Shown: one piece after another, positions 9,920-20,739 of the stretch
Position numbering within the stretch: position 1 is the stretch's first letter
Layout of the letters: each line of letters begins with the position of its first letter
From: an uncultured Methanoregulaceae archaeon
GTDB lineage: Archaea > Halobacteriota > Methanomicrobia > Methanomicrobiales > Methanospirillaceae
DNA length: 64,000 bases
Direction of reading: 5' to 3'
Assembly (NCBI GenBank): GCA_963841015.1
Contig: CAWJAX010000002.1
Location: forward strand, 320,001 to 384,000
Translations under genes and position numbers: made by a program
The notes under the pieces: model-generated
What the model was told of the DNA's origin: nothing
Databases searched by the model: none
What the model saw: the letters and a program-made list of their open reading frames with translations, nothing else

Positions 9920-10921
9920 ATGACCGGGAGGATTATTTCACCTGAACTCCTCATGGAGGAAGGAGAAGATCTAACGATCAGGCCGGCCAGACTGGATGAA
10001 TTTGTCGGGCAGATACAGGTTAAAGAGACACTGAAGATCGCGATCGAAGCTGCCCAGAAACGTGATGAACCCTTAGACCATCTCCTGTTTTCCGGGCCGC
10101 CGGGCCTCGGTAAGACCACACTAGCCCATATTATAGCCCATGAGATGAGTGCTGATATCAGGGCTACAACCGGCCCGGTGCTTGAAAAACCGGGGGATAT
10201 TGCAGCCCTACTCACCCCCTTAAAACGGGGTGATATCCTGTTTATCGACGAAATCCACCGGATTAACCCGGTTGTTGAAGAAGTGCTGTATCCTGCAATG
10301 GAGGATTTTTTTATCGATGTGATGATCGGTGAAGGGCCAAGTGCACGCTCGATAAAGCTCAACCTTGAACATTTCACCCTCATCGGGGCAACCACAAAAC
10401 AAGGCCTTTTAGGCGCCCCGTTCCGGGACCGGTTCGGTATCCTGTCCCGCCTCGATTTGTATTCCCCCAAAGAACTTGTAAAGATTGTTACGCGGAGTGC
10501 ATCCATCCTGAAGATCCCGATAACTGATGACGGTGCTGATGAGATAGCCCGTAGAAGCCGGGGAACGCCAAGGATTGTCAACCGGCTGTTGCGGCGTGTG
10601 AGGGATTTTGCTATTGTCAAAGGTGATGGTACCATCACGCATGAGATTGCCGCAAGGGCACTTCAGATGATGCAGATCGATGAGCTTGGACTTGACGAAC
10701 TGGACCGGCGCATTCTCTCTGTTATTGCAAAAGATTTTGACGGGGGTCCTGTAGGTGCGAAGACCATCGCGATCTCGGTCGGGGAAGAGGTACGTACCAT
10801 CGAGGATGTGTATGAACCGTACCTGATCCAGATCGGGTTTTTAAAACGCACCCCTCAGGGAAGGGAAGTCACACCCGCTGCAAAAAAGCATCTCAATAAT
10901 CCTCAAAAGACGCTGGTATAA
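9920..10921 (+). CDS. ruvB: Holliday junction branch migration ATPase RuvB
   Basis: [43 protein letters not shown]. Confidence 0.97.
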   Translation: MTGRIISPELLMEEGEDLTIRPARLDEFVGQIQVKETLKIAIEAAQKRDEPLDHLLFSGPPGLGKTTLAHIIAHEMSADIRATTGPVLEKPGDIAALLTPLKRGDILFIDEIHRINPVVEEVLYPAMEDFFIDVMIGEGPSARSIKLNLEHFTLIGATTKQGLLGAPFRDRFGILSRLDLYSPKELVKIVTRSASILKIPITDDGADEIARRSRGTPRIVNRLLRRVRDFAIVKGDGTITHEIAARALQMMQIDELGLDELDRRILSVIAKDFDGGPVGAKTIAISVGEEVRTIEDVYEPYLIQIGFLKRTPQGREVTPAAKKHLNNPQKTLV

Positions 10922-11008
10922 GGAAGGGTTGGTGCATTTTCCGGATTCCGGTTAGCAAATAGAATACCCTTTCTGTTCATCATGATCTGATCCCGGAATT
11001 TCTTTTCA

Positions 11009-11650
11009 TCACTCGTTCTTTCTCATTGTCAGCAGGAACGGCAGCAGCATTACGACAGCGATGATCCCCATGAATTGCAGGAAAAAATACAGGAGCGTCT
11101 CGCGTGCCTGGTCGTAGAACCTGAGATCTGCTGACAGCGTCTTATTCCACTGGATCAGGGTTGTATTATCAGGGTACCGTGTAACATTGGCGCCAGGGCT
11201 GATTCCGGCAAGCAGTGGGTTTTGTACACTGAATTCCTGCGGGAGGGTAATATTGACATGATAGGGACTCTTGAAGGATGCCTGAAGGTGATTATCACGA
11301 AGGGGCGAAACATACGACACGGTATAATTTCCCCGTTCAAATGTCAATGCCCTGACATTGCTGGTAAACGAGGGTCCGGTCTGGTTGAACCGGCAGGGAG
11401 AACAATTCCCCGACAGCTGTACTTCTCCTACGGTGAGAGGTACAGGTTCACCGAGCATTCCGGTATCGACAAACTCATACCGCGACGAGTCCACGATCTC
11501 AATCGTGGCCCTGTACGCCGTCCCATTAGGGAAAATCAGATAATCCGCTGAGAGCGCTCCCGCAGAGGGGATAACTGCCAGCAGGATTATAAGTGCAGTG
11601 CAGAGAGCAGCGATGGCAGATCTGCGTTGATCTCTGTCGGGGGTTCGCAT
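11009..11650 (-). CDS. Exported/membrane-anchored hypothetical protein (DUF5803-like)
   Basis: N-terminal signal peptide, C-terminal TM helix; family assignment from recall. Confidence 0.65.
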   Translation of the reverse strand: MRTPDRDQRRSAIAALCTALIILLAVIPSAGALSADYLIFPNGTAYRATIEIVDSSRYEFVDTGMLGEPVPLTVGEVQLSGNCSPCRFNQTGPSFTSNVRALTFERGNYTVSYVSPLRDNHLQASFKSPYHVNITLPQEFSVQNPLLAGISPGANVTRYPDNTTLIQWNKTLSADLRFYDQARETLLYFFLQFMGIIAVVMLLPFLLTMRKNE

Positions 11651-12792
11651 TGTTTTATCACCGTATCCGGGTCTTTGAGCAGATGCCCGGTAACTACGCA
11701 GACGATTAGCTCATTCCGGTCAATCATACCGTTTTCTACCAGTTTTCGTACACCTGCAACTGAAGCGGCTGATGCCGGCTCAACACCTATACCCTCTTTT
11801 CGGGCGAGATCCCGCTGCATCTGCAGGATCTCTGCATCAGTGACGGACTCGGCAAGTCCGCCGGTCATCCTGATAGCAGTAAGGGCCTTTTCAGCATTGA
11901 CCGGTGCCCCGATCCGGATCGCTGTTGCTACGGTCTCGGGATTCGGCTCAGGGATCACTTCGGGAAAATTCTCACGAATTGCCCTCACAACCGGACTTGA
12001 CCCCTCGGCCTGGATGCCCGTCATCATCGGTAACCGGTCCATAAAACCCAGTTCCTGCAGTTCCATAAATCCCTTGTAGACTGCTGAGATATTGCCAGCA
12101 TTTCCCACGGGGAGAACAAACCGGTCCGGGACCTCACCAAGCTGGTCGAGTGCCTCAAAACCAATAGTCTTCTGTCCTTCCAGTCGATAGGGGTTGATGG
12201 AATTTAACAGATACAGTCCGTGGGAGAGGCAGAGATCATGCACCATTTCAAGAGCGCGATCAAAGTTGCCACGGATTGAGATAACCTGAGCGCCGTGCAT
12301 CAGTGCCTGTGCCACCTTACCCACCGCCACTTTCCCCGCGGGGAGGAGCACGACCGCCGGGATTCCTGCTTTTGCTGCATAGACCGCAAGGCTTGCTGAG
12401 GTATTCCCTGTACTCGCACAGGCAACACTCTTTTTCCCCAGCTGAATTGCCATAGAGACACCGACGGTCATACCCCGGTCCTTGAATGAACCGGAGGGGT
12501 TCATGCCCTCGTGTTTTGCGTAGAGATGTTTTAGACCCATCTCCTGCCCAAGCCTTTTTAGGTGGTAGAGCGGAGTCCCTCCTTCCTGCAGCGTTATGGG
12601 ATCTATCTGGACAGGAAGCAGTTCCCGGTACCGCCATACCGAGAGCGGACGCTTCTCCCACATCGTTTTTGTTACAGTTATTTTGTCCAGGGGATATTTT
12701 ACGGCAAGGAGATGACCGCATTTTTTGCAATTATACAGGATCTCGTCAGCGGGATAGGTGGCTCCACAGTTGACGCATACGAGATGATACAT
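11587..12792 (-). CDS. thrC: Threonine synthase
   Basis: NPSGSFKDRG PLP lysine, CASTGNTS, PVGNAGN, N-terminal Zn ribbon. Confidence 0.95.
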   Translation of the reverse strand: MYHLVCVNCGATYPADEILYNCKKCGHLLAVKYPLDKITVTKTMWEKRPLSVWRYRELLPVQIDPITLQEGGTPLYHLKRLGQEMGLKHLYAKHEGMNPSGSFKDRGMTVGVSMAIQLGKKSVACASTGNTSASLAVYAAKAGIPAVVLLPAGKVAVGKVAQALMHGAQVISIRGNFDRALEMVHDLCLSHGLYLLNSINPYRLEGQKTIGFEALDQLGEVPDRFVLPVGNAGNISAVYKGFMELQELGFMDRLPMMTGIQAEGSSPVVRAIRENFPEVIPEPNPETVATAIRIGAPVNAEKALTAIRMTGGLAESVTDAEILQMQRDLARKEGIGVEPASAASVAGVRKLVENGMIDRNELIVCVVTGHLLKDPDTVIKQCEPPTEINADLPSLLSALHL

Positions 12793-12912
12793 GGTATTGT
12801 ATTGGTCTTTTGATTACATATAGGCGTGCGTTTTTCCCGGAGGATAAACGGCGGTCTTCAGGATTTTTTACCATCAGTTCATCGAAGAAAGGACAATGAT
12901 ATCCCTTTTTTC

Positions 12913-13752
12913 TTATTCTTTTTTCTTCGTAAGAAGTGTGTGATAAAGTGCATCCCTACGGTCTTTTTCTACCGGGAATGCGCTTTTTGTCCTCTCTACC
13001 TCTCCGGGATCAATATCTGAGAAGAGGAGTTGCTCTGCTTCATCAGCGCGACTGATAATCGTCCCGTGGGGATCTGCTGTCATCGATGCACCTGAGTAGA
13101 GATCAACAGGAGTCTTTCCGGTGGTATTTACCCCCAGAATATACATCTGGTTTTCTGCAGCCCGTGCTGTGATGAACAACTCCCAGTGCCTGATGCGGCT
13201 TTGTGGCCAGGCTGCCGGAACGAAAACTGCATGGACGCCCTTTTTGGCATACAGCCTGAAGAGTTCAGGAAACCGGAGGTCATAACATATTGCGATACCA
13301 CAGGTCAGCGAATCAAAGGTAAATAAGCCCAGATCCGTGCCAGGGGAGTTTGCTTCATGTTCATGGCAGAAAGAGAACAGGTGCATCTTTGCATAGCTTG
13401 CAAGAATCCTGCCATCGCTGCCGATGGCGACGGCAGTGTTTTTTGGAAGCGGGTCATATGCTTCCCGCATTGAACCAAGGATGCCAATCCTGTAATCTTT
13501 TGCATATACCTGAAGAGAAGAAATTACACTTCCGTGAATATCCTGGATATTTTTGTGGGGCTGGGGGTCCCATCCTGTTGCAAACTGTTCAGGAAAACAG
13601 ATCAGTTTTGCGCCGCAATCAGCAGCATGCCGTATGAAAGTTTCTGCCTTTCTTAGCGTCTTTTCAGGATCTTCCCAGGCACTCGCGATCTGTGCACTAC
13701 ACACTCTGATGATATGGCCAGCATTCCGGTTTTGGCTTTCGTCTAAGGACAT
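12913..13752 (-). CDS. Carbon-nitrogen hydrolase (nitrilase/omega-amidase family)
   Basis: FPE, YAKMHLF, ICYDLRFPE catalytic triad; ARAAENQ. Confidence 0.92.
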   Translation of the reverse strand: MSLDESQNRNAGHIIRVCSAQIASAWEDPEKTLRKAETFIRHAADCGAKLICFPEQFATGWDPQPHKNIQDIHGSVISSLQVYAKDYRIGILGSMREAYDPLPKNTAVAIGSDGRILASYAKMHLFSFCHEHEANSPGTDLGLFTFDSLTCGIAICYDLRFPELFRLYAKKGVHAVFVPAAWPQSRIRHWELFITARAAENQMYILGVNTTGKTPVDLYSGASMTADPHGTIISRADEAEQLLFSDIDPGEVERTKSAFPVEKDRRDALYHTLLTKKKE

Positions 13753-13997
13753 TGGTTATTGCATTCCCCTGACAAGATAAAATTACAATTCTGACGCTTC
13801 GTATTCCCTTAAGCATTGTGCAGCGTCAAAGAGTAATAGACATTTTGGTCACCTATACGGCGGGAAAAAACTCCAAAGAAACTGACATGAATCGATATGG
13901 TTCATACCAAAACCATAAAAATCGTTCTTTTTACAATAGACTCCCGCCTCAGTGCCTCTCCGAAGTGTGGCGGGAAGGAAGTTTTTCTAAAATACTC

Positions 13998-14140
13998 TGA
14001 TGGAGGGGACAGTGCGACCCCCCAGACCATCTCTGGGTTGCAAGATAGTGCTGTATTCCCTTTTCAGGTCTAATCGCATTCCGGGAGCTGCCTCAGCGGT
14101 GGGGGTGAAAGGCACTATTTGCCGAAGCCCCCAGGAGCGT
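13998..14140 (+). repeat. Dispersed intergenic repeat family, copy 1
   Basis: Shares GAGGGGACAGTGC, ATCGCAT, CAGCGG, GGGGTGAAA and GAAGCCCCCAGGAGCGT blocks with copies at 23.2, 27.4 and 47.4 kb. Confidence 0.65.
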
Positions 14141-14251
14141 TAAGATGAGGGGGCGTCTCTTTGGGAGCGGCATCAATTATCTTACCTGATGGATAGAATG
14201 GTAATATCCTTGCATCATGAAAGGAATTCTGCAAAATCAAAAAGAGAGATT

Positions 14252-14704
14252 TTAGTATTCGTAAATGACGGATTCATCAATCCGCGAATACGTAACCAGT
14301 TCATTTTGTTTAAAGTGGATTGCAATCTCGCGGGCTGCGCTCTCCGGGGAGTCGGAGCCATGAATGACGTTCCGGCTGATGTCAATACCAAAATCGCCCC
14401 GTATAGTGCCTGGTTCTGCTTCCTGTGGATTGGTTGCTCCAATAACTTTACGGGCGATCGATACCACACTCCTGCCTTCCCAGACCATGAGAAAACAGGG
14501 TCCTCCCATTATATATTGTTTAAGGGATGGAAAAAATGGTTTTGCAAGATGTTCACGGTACTGTTCTGTAACACGCACCTCGGGAAGTTTCTCAAAACGC
14601 GCTGCTATGAGTTTCAGGCCTTTTGCTTCAAGCCGTGAAACGATCTCACCCACAAGGCCCCGCTGAACCCCATCAGGCTTCACCATAATAAAGGTGCGGT
14701 CCAT
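14252..14704 (-). CDS. ndk: Nucleoside diphosphate kinase
   Basis: [30 protein letters not shown]. Confidence 0.97.
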   Translation of the reverse strand: MDRTFIMVKPDGVQRGLVGEIVSRLEAKGLKLIAARFEKLPEVRVTEQYREHLAKPFFPSLKQYIMGGPCFLMVWEGRSVVSIARKVIGATNPQEAEPGTIRGDFGIDISRNVIHGSDSPESAAREIAIHFKQNELVTYSRIDESVIYEY

Positions 14705-14712
14705 CTGCGATT

Positions 14713-14904
14713 TCACTCCTTATTTGCAGCCTTCTTTCCTGCAGCAGTCCACTGGACCCGTCGGGGAACCCTGCCGAGCTTGTAATTGTTCTGGCACTTG
14801 GTACTGCAGAAGTAAAAGATGGTGCCGTCCTTTCTGACATACATCTTGCCAGTACCAGGTTCAAGCTGAATGCCGCAGAAACTGCAGGGATGTTGTTCAA
14901 CCAT
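14713..14904 (-). CDS. rpl24e: 50S ribosomal protein L24e
   Basis: [26 protein letters not shown]. Confidence 0.95.
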   Translation of the reverse strand: MVEQHPCSFCGIQLEPGTGKMYVRKDGTIFYFCSTKCQNNYKLGRVPRRVQWTAAGKKAANKE

Positions 14905-14910
14905 CTCCCT

Positions 14911-15120
14911 TCACCGCCTCGACATTTTCTTTGCTTCGCGTTCGGTCTCAAGGAGCATTACAATATCTCCTTCACGGATTGGACCGACCGTGTTGCGGGT
15001 AATGATACGTCCCTTGTTGTTTCCGTCAAGGATACGACACTTTACCTGCATTGCTTCTCCGTGCATGCCGGTCGAGCCAACAACCTCAATCACTTCGGCT
15101 GGCGTTGCATCGTCTGCCAT
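14911..15120 (-). CDS. rps28e: 30S ribosomal protein S28e
   Basis: [27 protein letters not shown]. Confidence 0.96.
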   Translation of the reverse strand: MADDATPAEVIEVVGSTGMHGEAMQVKCRILDGNNKGRIITRNTVGPIREGDIVMLLETEREAKKMSRR

Positions 15121-15130
15121 AGTAGAATCC

Positions 15131-15499
15131 TCACGCCTTCAGCGCGGTCAGCTGCCTGGTAAGATCTTCAATCGTTTCTTTTGCCTTGCCGGGTTTTACA
15201 ATAGCAGCAGCAGCTGAGCCTACGTCAAGACCGCTTGCGGCGCCAATATCGTTCTGCTTGTTGATGAAGATATACGGAACTTTCTTTTCATCACAGAGCG
15301 GTCCAAGATGCATTACAATCTCTTCAGGTTCCACATCTGCCCCAATTAATACGAGCAGAGCGATGCTGCGTTCAATGGCTTTTGTAGCTTCATTGGATCC
15401 TTTCTTGATCTTGCCTGTATCCCGTGCAACTTCAAGGGCCTCAAGCGCCTTGTTCTGAAGCTCGTCCGGAGCCTGCGTTTTAACGTAACCTTTTGCCAT
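15131..15499 (-). CDS. rpl7ae: 50S ribosomal protein L7Ae
   Basis: [30 protein letters not shown]. Confidence 0.96.
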   Translation of the reverse strand: MAKGYVKTQAPDELQNKALEALEVARDTGKIKKGSNEATKAIERSIALLVLIGADVEPEEIVMHLGPLCDEKKVPYIFINKQNDIGAASGLDVGSAAAAIVKPGKAKETIEDLTRQLTALKA

Positions 15500-15657
15500 A
15501 ACTCACCTCATTCAGGAGTAGAATGCTCCTTCATTACTCATCAGTCAGCAATGATGTAGCCATATCATTTTATCAGGAGCGGAAATAAAGGTTTGTGAAT
15601 CACTGGCAGAAAGTGTAAAAATAACCTCAGGTTTTTATTACTGCTTTCTGATGTTCA

Positions 15658-17652
15658 TTATCCCGTAAGCAGGTATATTTCCGCTCCATTTACAGAATAA
15701 ATTTTCTCAAGACCATTGGCTGAGATATTTACCCGATAGCGCTCACGCTCACTATCACCCACGTAGAGAAGAGTGGCATTATATTTTTTCATAAGTTCAA
15801 CCGTCTTATCAGGTTCTTCATAGATTGATTGTACATCAGCCAGTCGCGTGCTGAACCAGCCTGTATCATCGCCCCGCCACATATACTCATGAAATGGCAT
15901 ACCAATAATTGCCGGAATCCCGGTGAAGGAAGAAACCCGCGAGTAATAGGTATAGTCCCCTCCCTCAGCCTCAACTATACGGTAGTCACCCTGAAGTGTC
16001 CTCAAATAGGTTACTCCCCCAAAATCACCGGCATGTGAGTCTTTGAGATATGCAAGCCCATCGAGGGTTCCTGTTCCATAACTCAGATTGAACGGAATAA
16101 TAAACGGGGCTACGAAGAGCAGGCCAACCACGGTAATTGTTATAATCGCTGTGTTCCGGGCAGAAATAACCGGTATCCATCTGCATTCAGACAGCCAATT
16201 CCCGATCATCGTTGTTGCTGCAATGCCAAGAATGATCCATGCAGGAAGATAACACTTGAAGACGGTATTCATCCGGAAGAAGGTATCTCCCATATTGTCT
16301 TTGAGATAGAACAACTCACAGAAGATCACAAGGAGTAATCCAATGCTGGCAAGGATATCGGGAAGATCGTGATGCTCACGTGCGAGGAAATAAATAAAAA
16401 GAACCACCGCAATTGCTGCAGCGAGGTAACCCGTTAGAACAAAAGGAATCACCGCAAGGAGAAGATACGGTCGCTTGACAATGTCCCTCCAGAGGAATGC
16501 AAAAAAAATGGCAAAGAACAATCCGTTTACCAGCAGGAACTCGAAAGGATTCGAGGGGGTATGAACGATTGAGATACCCCCGGTGTTTGTCTTTAACTGG
16601 AGGTAAAACGGCAGATAGCACAATATGGCAAGTGGCGGAACGGTTGCCAGGTGCCAGCACGATGAAAAACTGTTTGTTTTTTTCCACACTCTCCAGATGA
16701 TCAGGATCCCGAACAGGATCGTGACGGGAGCATAAATCAAAACGTCCCACGTATTGAATAACGGCATAGAGCCGAGACTGAGCGCGCAAAAAATACTGAC
16801 AAGCCATTTTGCCCGGTTTTCAAGGGATTCCCATCGTTTATAGGCGTAGAGAAGTAAGAAGATTAAAAAAATCTGGTTGAAGAGCGAGACTACATGGGCA
16901 TGGACATCTCCCCAGATGAATGAGAAAAGAGGGTATTCGTTGATGGTATTGGTGATTGTTCGTGTACTATCCCAGAAAACAGTATTCAGGGCTTTTCCCT
17001 GTGCAATCTGATAAAAAAATGATGGATTCGGTATGAAGAGAATGAGGAGTGGCAACCACCGGAATTTTTTCAGCATCAGGTTCCCTATCGCGTAAAGGTT
17101 AATCGCTGAAAAACTGAAGACCGTTGGTAAAGCAAGGTTGAACGCGATATTCGACGGTACTCCGGTGACAATCCCAAGACACCCGAACATCCAGTATCCC
17201 AGGTAATAATAGACATTCAGGGACCCTCCGGCGAACCATGGATCAAGTGGTGGTACCACGGGATTGCGCATCACTGATGAAAGAAACGCATGGTCCATGA
17301 ATTTTTCTGCATATGATATGGTGGGATTGACAAACCGCACATCAAGCATAAGGAAAAAACAGATAAGGAATACCATCTCCCAGCGCCATTCTGTCCTGAG
17401 CTCTTCCAGGGAATAGTGGCGGTACCAGAGATGGTAACAGATAAGTGCCAGAAATGGCAGAAGGGCAATCTGTACAGGAATGTGGAGAAGGCCACAGTAC
17501 CAGGAAAGGATGGTGAATGCAAGGAGTGATGCGGTGAATGATACCGGAAATGCAAAGCTCTTAAATGTTTTTTTCAGCGATGGGTACAAAGAAATCTGAA
17601 TAAGGGTAAGGACACCAAGCCAGCTTATCACAGAAAAAATCTGCTGTTCCAC
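15658..17652 (-). CDS. DUF2298 (YYY-motif) polytopic membrane protein, probable GT-C-type transferase
   Basis: EKFMD, DPWFAG, YYYLG, INEYP, RMNTVFK motifs; many TM helices. Confidence 0.8.
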   Translation of the reverse strand: MEQQIFSVISWLGVLTLIQISLYPSLKKTFKSFAFPVSFTASLLAFTILSWYCGLLHIPVQIALLPFLALICYHLWYRHYSLEELRTEWRWEMVFLICFFLMLDVRFVNPTISYAEKFMDHAFLSSVMRNPVVPPLDPWFAGGSLNVYYYLGYWMFGCLGIVTGVPSNIAFNLALPTVFSFSAINLYAIGNLMLKKFRWLPLLILFIPNPSFFYQIAQGKALNTVFWDSTRTITNTINEYPLFSFIWGDVHAHVVSLFNQIFLIFLLLYAYKRWESLENRAKWLVSIFCALSLGSMPLFNTWDVLIYAPVTILFGILIIWRVWKKTNSFSSCWHLATVPPLAILCYLPFYLQLKTNTGGISIVHTPSNPFEFLLVNGLFFAIFFAFLWRDIVKRPYLLLAVIPFVLTGYLAAAIAVVLFIYFLAREHHDLPDILASIGLLLVIFCELFYLKDNMGDTFFRMNTVFKCYLPAWIILGIAATTMIGNWLSECRWIPVISARNTAIITITVVGLLFVAPFIIPFNLSYGTGTLDGLAYLKDSHAGDFGGVTYLRTLQGDYRIVEAEGGDYTYYSRVSSFTGIPAIIGMPFHEYMWRGDDTGWFSTRLADVQSIYEEPDKTVELMKKYNATLLYVGDSERERYRVNISANGLEKIYSVNGAEIYLLTG

Positions 17653-17654
17653 GG

Positions 17655-18620
17655 TCAGGACGATTTCCCCCCTTCCAGCTTTGAATCAATGACCGTCCGG
17701 ATGCTGGGGATGACCCAGTCCCCGAAGTAATAAATTGAGACGATCCCGCCCGCGAGAGTTACAAGGTTTTTGATCAGGTGATCTATAACAGCAATGAGTG
17801 TTGCAACAGCTGGATCAACCCCGGCAAGCCCGAATGTTATTGCCAGAGAAATCTCATACGTTCCAACCCCCCCCGGTGTGAGCGGAATAGCCTTTACAAG
17901 GTTTCCAATTACAATGGCAAGAACAATTACGGCAAAAGGGATCTGCTGCTGAAACATCATTACCACGGCAACGCAGACAAGTATATCCAGGAGCCAGATT
18001 ACCGATGAAGAGAACCCAAGTACTACAATAGATTTCAGTGACAACGAAGCTCGTTTTATCTCGTGCAGGATCGTCAGAATTATCGCGATGTACCGGTTTT
18101 CTGATGAAAATTTACCCATAAAAAGCAACAGGACAAAAAAAATCACACCGGCTGCAAGCGGCACCACAATGAGAGTGTAGAACCATGCAGGTACGTTAAC
18201 AACGAAGAAGAGTGCTACTGCACCAAGGAGTGCTACCGTGAAGATGTCAAAAATCCGCTCGACAACCAGCGAAGAAACTCCTTCCGAATAGGTAACATTA
18301 TATTCGTGTTTCAGGATGAGAACACGTACAAAATCTCCAAGACGTGCAGGAACTATCAGGTTAACCATCTGACTGACAAAAATACAGGCAGTAGATGCCG
18401 TAACGCCGACCTGGTAACTGAGGTTTTTGAGAATGATATGGTACCGCCATCCACGTAACCACCAGGCACAAAGGCAGATGATTGTGCCCACGACAAGATA
18501 TGCAGGAATACTATTCTGGAGCGCAATGAGGAGATCATCCCAGACCCTGTAGAGCATAAAGGCGACAATACCGATCGCAATAACGGTCGGAATGACAATT
18601 GCACTAATTTTTCGATACAT
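17655..18620 (-). CDS. Flippase-like / lysylphosphatidylglycerol synthase TM-domain protein
   Basis: RGWR, PARLGDFVR, ERIFD, PLTPGGVGTYE. Confidence 0.88.
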   Translation of the reverse strand: MYRKISAIVIPTVIAIGIVAFMLYRVWDDLLIALQNSIPAYLVVGTIICLCAWWLRGWRYHIILKNLSYQVGVTASTACIFVSQMVNLIVPARLGDFVRVLILKHEYNVTYSEGVSSLVVERIFDIFTVALLGAVALFFVVNVPAWFYTLIVVPLAAGVIFFVLLLFMGKFSSENRYIAIILTILHEIKRASLSLKSIVVLGFSSSVIWLLDILVCVAVVMMFQQQIPFAVIVLAIVIGNLVKAIPLTPGGVGTYEISLAITFGLAGVDPAVATLIAVIDHLIKNLVTLAGGIVSIYYFGDWVIPSIRTVIDSKLEGGKSS

Positions 18621-19320
18621 GAATCTGCCACCACAACCTCAGGATCGATGAACCCATCTCAAAAACATCTTTTACCTTCACAGTAGTCCCTTTACCTGCC
18701 CGCCAGCGGACCGGAAATTCACGGATGCGTGCTCCGTGATGCTGGGAGCGGACGAGAATCTCGGTATCCCAGAACCAGTGGCTGGAACGTATGGATGGGA
18801 GTATTGGGAGGATATATTCCTTCCTGAATGCTTTAAAACCGCACTGGTGATCGTAGATTCTGCTTCCCAGAAAAAGTCTGACCAGAAAATTATAGGAACG
18901 ACTCGCTATCTCGCGACCGCCGGTACGCACGGTATCACTCTCAGGCATCAGCCTTGATCCGGTTGCAATATCTGCCCCTTCACGTATAGCCCCTATGAGC
19001 TCAGGAAGATGCTGCAAATCGGTTGCGAGATCAACATCATAGTAACACACAATATTCCCTTTGGACTCATGAATCGCCCGGTTGAGCGCTTTTCCCCGAC
19101 CCAGTCGTTCATCACTATGGAGAAGATGTATACGGTTATCACCTAGTTCGTACTGACGAACAAAGTCAGTGCTTCCATCGGTGCTGCCGTCTTCTGCGAT
19201 GATCAACTCAAAGCTGTTCGTAATCCGGGACAGAAGTTCAATAGATCGGGGAATAGCAATCCCGAGTGCATGAAGGTCGTTAAAAACAGGAATGACTACG
19301 GTTACATCAGTTCCTGCCAT
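18604..19320 (-). CDS. GT2 glycosyltransferase (dolichyl-phosphate glycosyltransferase-like)
   Basis: VVIPVFN, EDGSTDG, GRGKA, DVD, DHQCGFKAF, WDTE. Confidence 0.9.
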   Translation of the reverse strand: MAGTDVTVVIPVFNDLHALGIAIPRSIELLSRITNSFELIIAEDGSTDGSTDFVRQYELGDNRIHLLHSDERLGRGKALNRAIHESKGNIVCYYDVDLATDLQHLPELIGAIREGADIATGSRLMPESDTVRTGGREIASRSYNFLVRLFLGSRIYDHQCGFKAFRKEYILPILPSIRSSHWFWDTEILVRSQHHGARIREFPVRWRAGKGTTVKVKDVFEMGSSILRLWWQIHVSKN

Positions 19321-20545
19321 GGGTACTCCAGGTCCTGATATATGCCGCTACCTCAGATCCGGCACGAACTGATCCCTCCATACTTCTTTCCGGGTAATTT
19401 GTGGGGGAAAACATTCCTGCCATAAATAATCCCCGTTGTTCAAACTCAGGGATAAGACTGCGGTATCCCGTTGTGTACACAGGACCTGCCCAGGGATCAA
19501 CGGCCATTTTGTACCAGTGGATCTCATCCCTGGTTACAGAGAACCTGGTGCAAAAATCCTCAATCATCCGTAAGTCGAGTCGTGGTGAAACTGTGCCAGT
19601 AAAGTAGGATGCCAGATAAACGATATGTTCCCCGTATCTATTAATAGGAACAAAATTTGTATGGGCTACCACTGCACCGTAAGGAGCTTCATCTTTCATG
19701 TTAAGCCAGTAAATACCCCCAGTCACCTCACGTTCAAGTGCGAGCGTCATGCATGCAGCACCCTGGTAGGGAACAGAGAGCATTGCCGGACCACCCATTC
19801 TCTCGAGTTCCTGGGGTGGTATTGTAGAAATAATTGTGTCATACCGTTTGCCATTTGCCTCCCAGGCTCCGTTCTTGCGGGAAACAGAAGAGACCGGGGT
19901 CTGCTTCCGGATAATCCCGCCTTTAAGCGTAATTGATTTTTCGAGGGCATCGATAAGTTGATGAAATCCCCCATTCATGTATCCCAGATGTTCTCCTGAA
20001 ACACCACGATTTGAGCGAATAGCAATCCGGCTGAATAACCATGCTGCCGAAACTTCTTTTCTCCGTTCCCCAAATTTACTCTTTAAGAGTGGTTCGAAAA
20101 ATGATGAATAAATGTTTTTTCCGAGATGTTTCAAAATATACTGCTCAGCCGGGATGTTATCAAGGGTCTTGAGATCTGTTTTTTTTGCTTTGAATGTAAG
20201 TCTGGCAAGTTTTACTTTATCCATAAGCGTGAGTTCGGGATAGAGCAGGATTTCAAGAGGGGTGTTCAACCGATAGATCTTATTGCCTGCAAAATAACCA
20301 GTTGTACCAGTTTTCCATTCAAGTTTGTCAATCAGACCCAGATCGGTTATTAATGCAAAAAGACTGTTGTCCGTCGAGAAACAATGGTGATAATACCGTT
20401 CTATCCAGTAATTGTTAACGTTATAGGATGAGAGGCAACCCCCGAGGAAAGGCATTTTTTCAAAAAGATCTACCTCGTGATCCTGCACAAGTCTGTGGGC
20501 AGCAACAAGTCCCGTCAACCCTCCCCCGATTACGGCGATTTTCAT
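19307..20545 (-). CDS. FAD-dependent oxidoreductase (protoporphyrinogen/amine oxidase-like)
   Basis: MKIAVIGGGLTGL Rossmann motif, IERYYHH, YPERSMEGSV; start set at ATG 20545. Confidence 0.85.
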   Translation of the reverse strand: MKIAVIGGGLTGLVAAHRLVQDHEVDLFEKMPFLGGCLSSYNVNNYWIERYYHHCFSTDNSLFALITDLGLIDKLEWKTGTTGYFAGNKIYRLNTPLEILLYPELTLMDKVKLARLTFKAKKTDLKTLDNIPAEQYILKHLGKNIYSSFFEPLLKSKFGERRKEVSAAWLFSRIAIRSNRGVSGEHLGYMNGGFHQLIDALEKSITLKGGIIRKQTPVSSVSRKNGAWEANGKRYDTIISTIPPQELERMGGPAMLSVPYQGAACMTLALEREVTGGIYWLNMKDEAPYGAVVAHTNFVPINRYGEHIVYLASYFTGTVSPRLDLRMIEDFCTRFSVTRDEIHWYKMAVDPWAGPVYTTGYRSLIPEFEQRGLFMAGMFSPTNYPERSMEGSVRAGSEVAAYIRTWSTHGRN

Positions 20546-20739
20546 GATGAGTATTCTATAGTATTTTTCAGGGCGAAATGAAAAAGGCTCCGTATATTTA
20601 CTGCAAATCGGCATAATCTCCTCGGAGAAATTATAAGAAAGTTTTTGTATTGTCGAAATAAACGGTAATAACATCAAAAGGCCTTAAAGAGAATAAAAGA
20701 AAGTAACTATCTCTCAGCCCATTGGAGGGTGTCAATACA

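Noticed and set aside
13940-14170. RNase P or SRP RNA in the GC-rich intergenic region
   Set aside because: Lacks RNase P P4 (GAGGAAAGUCC..) and SRP helix 8 signatures; better explained by the dispersed repeat plus a TCCCGCC/GGCGGGA hairpin at 13942-13975
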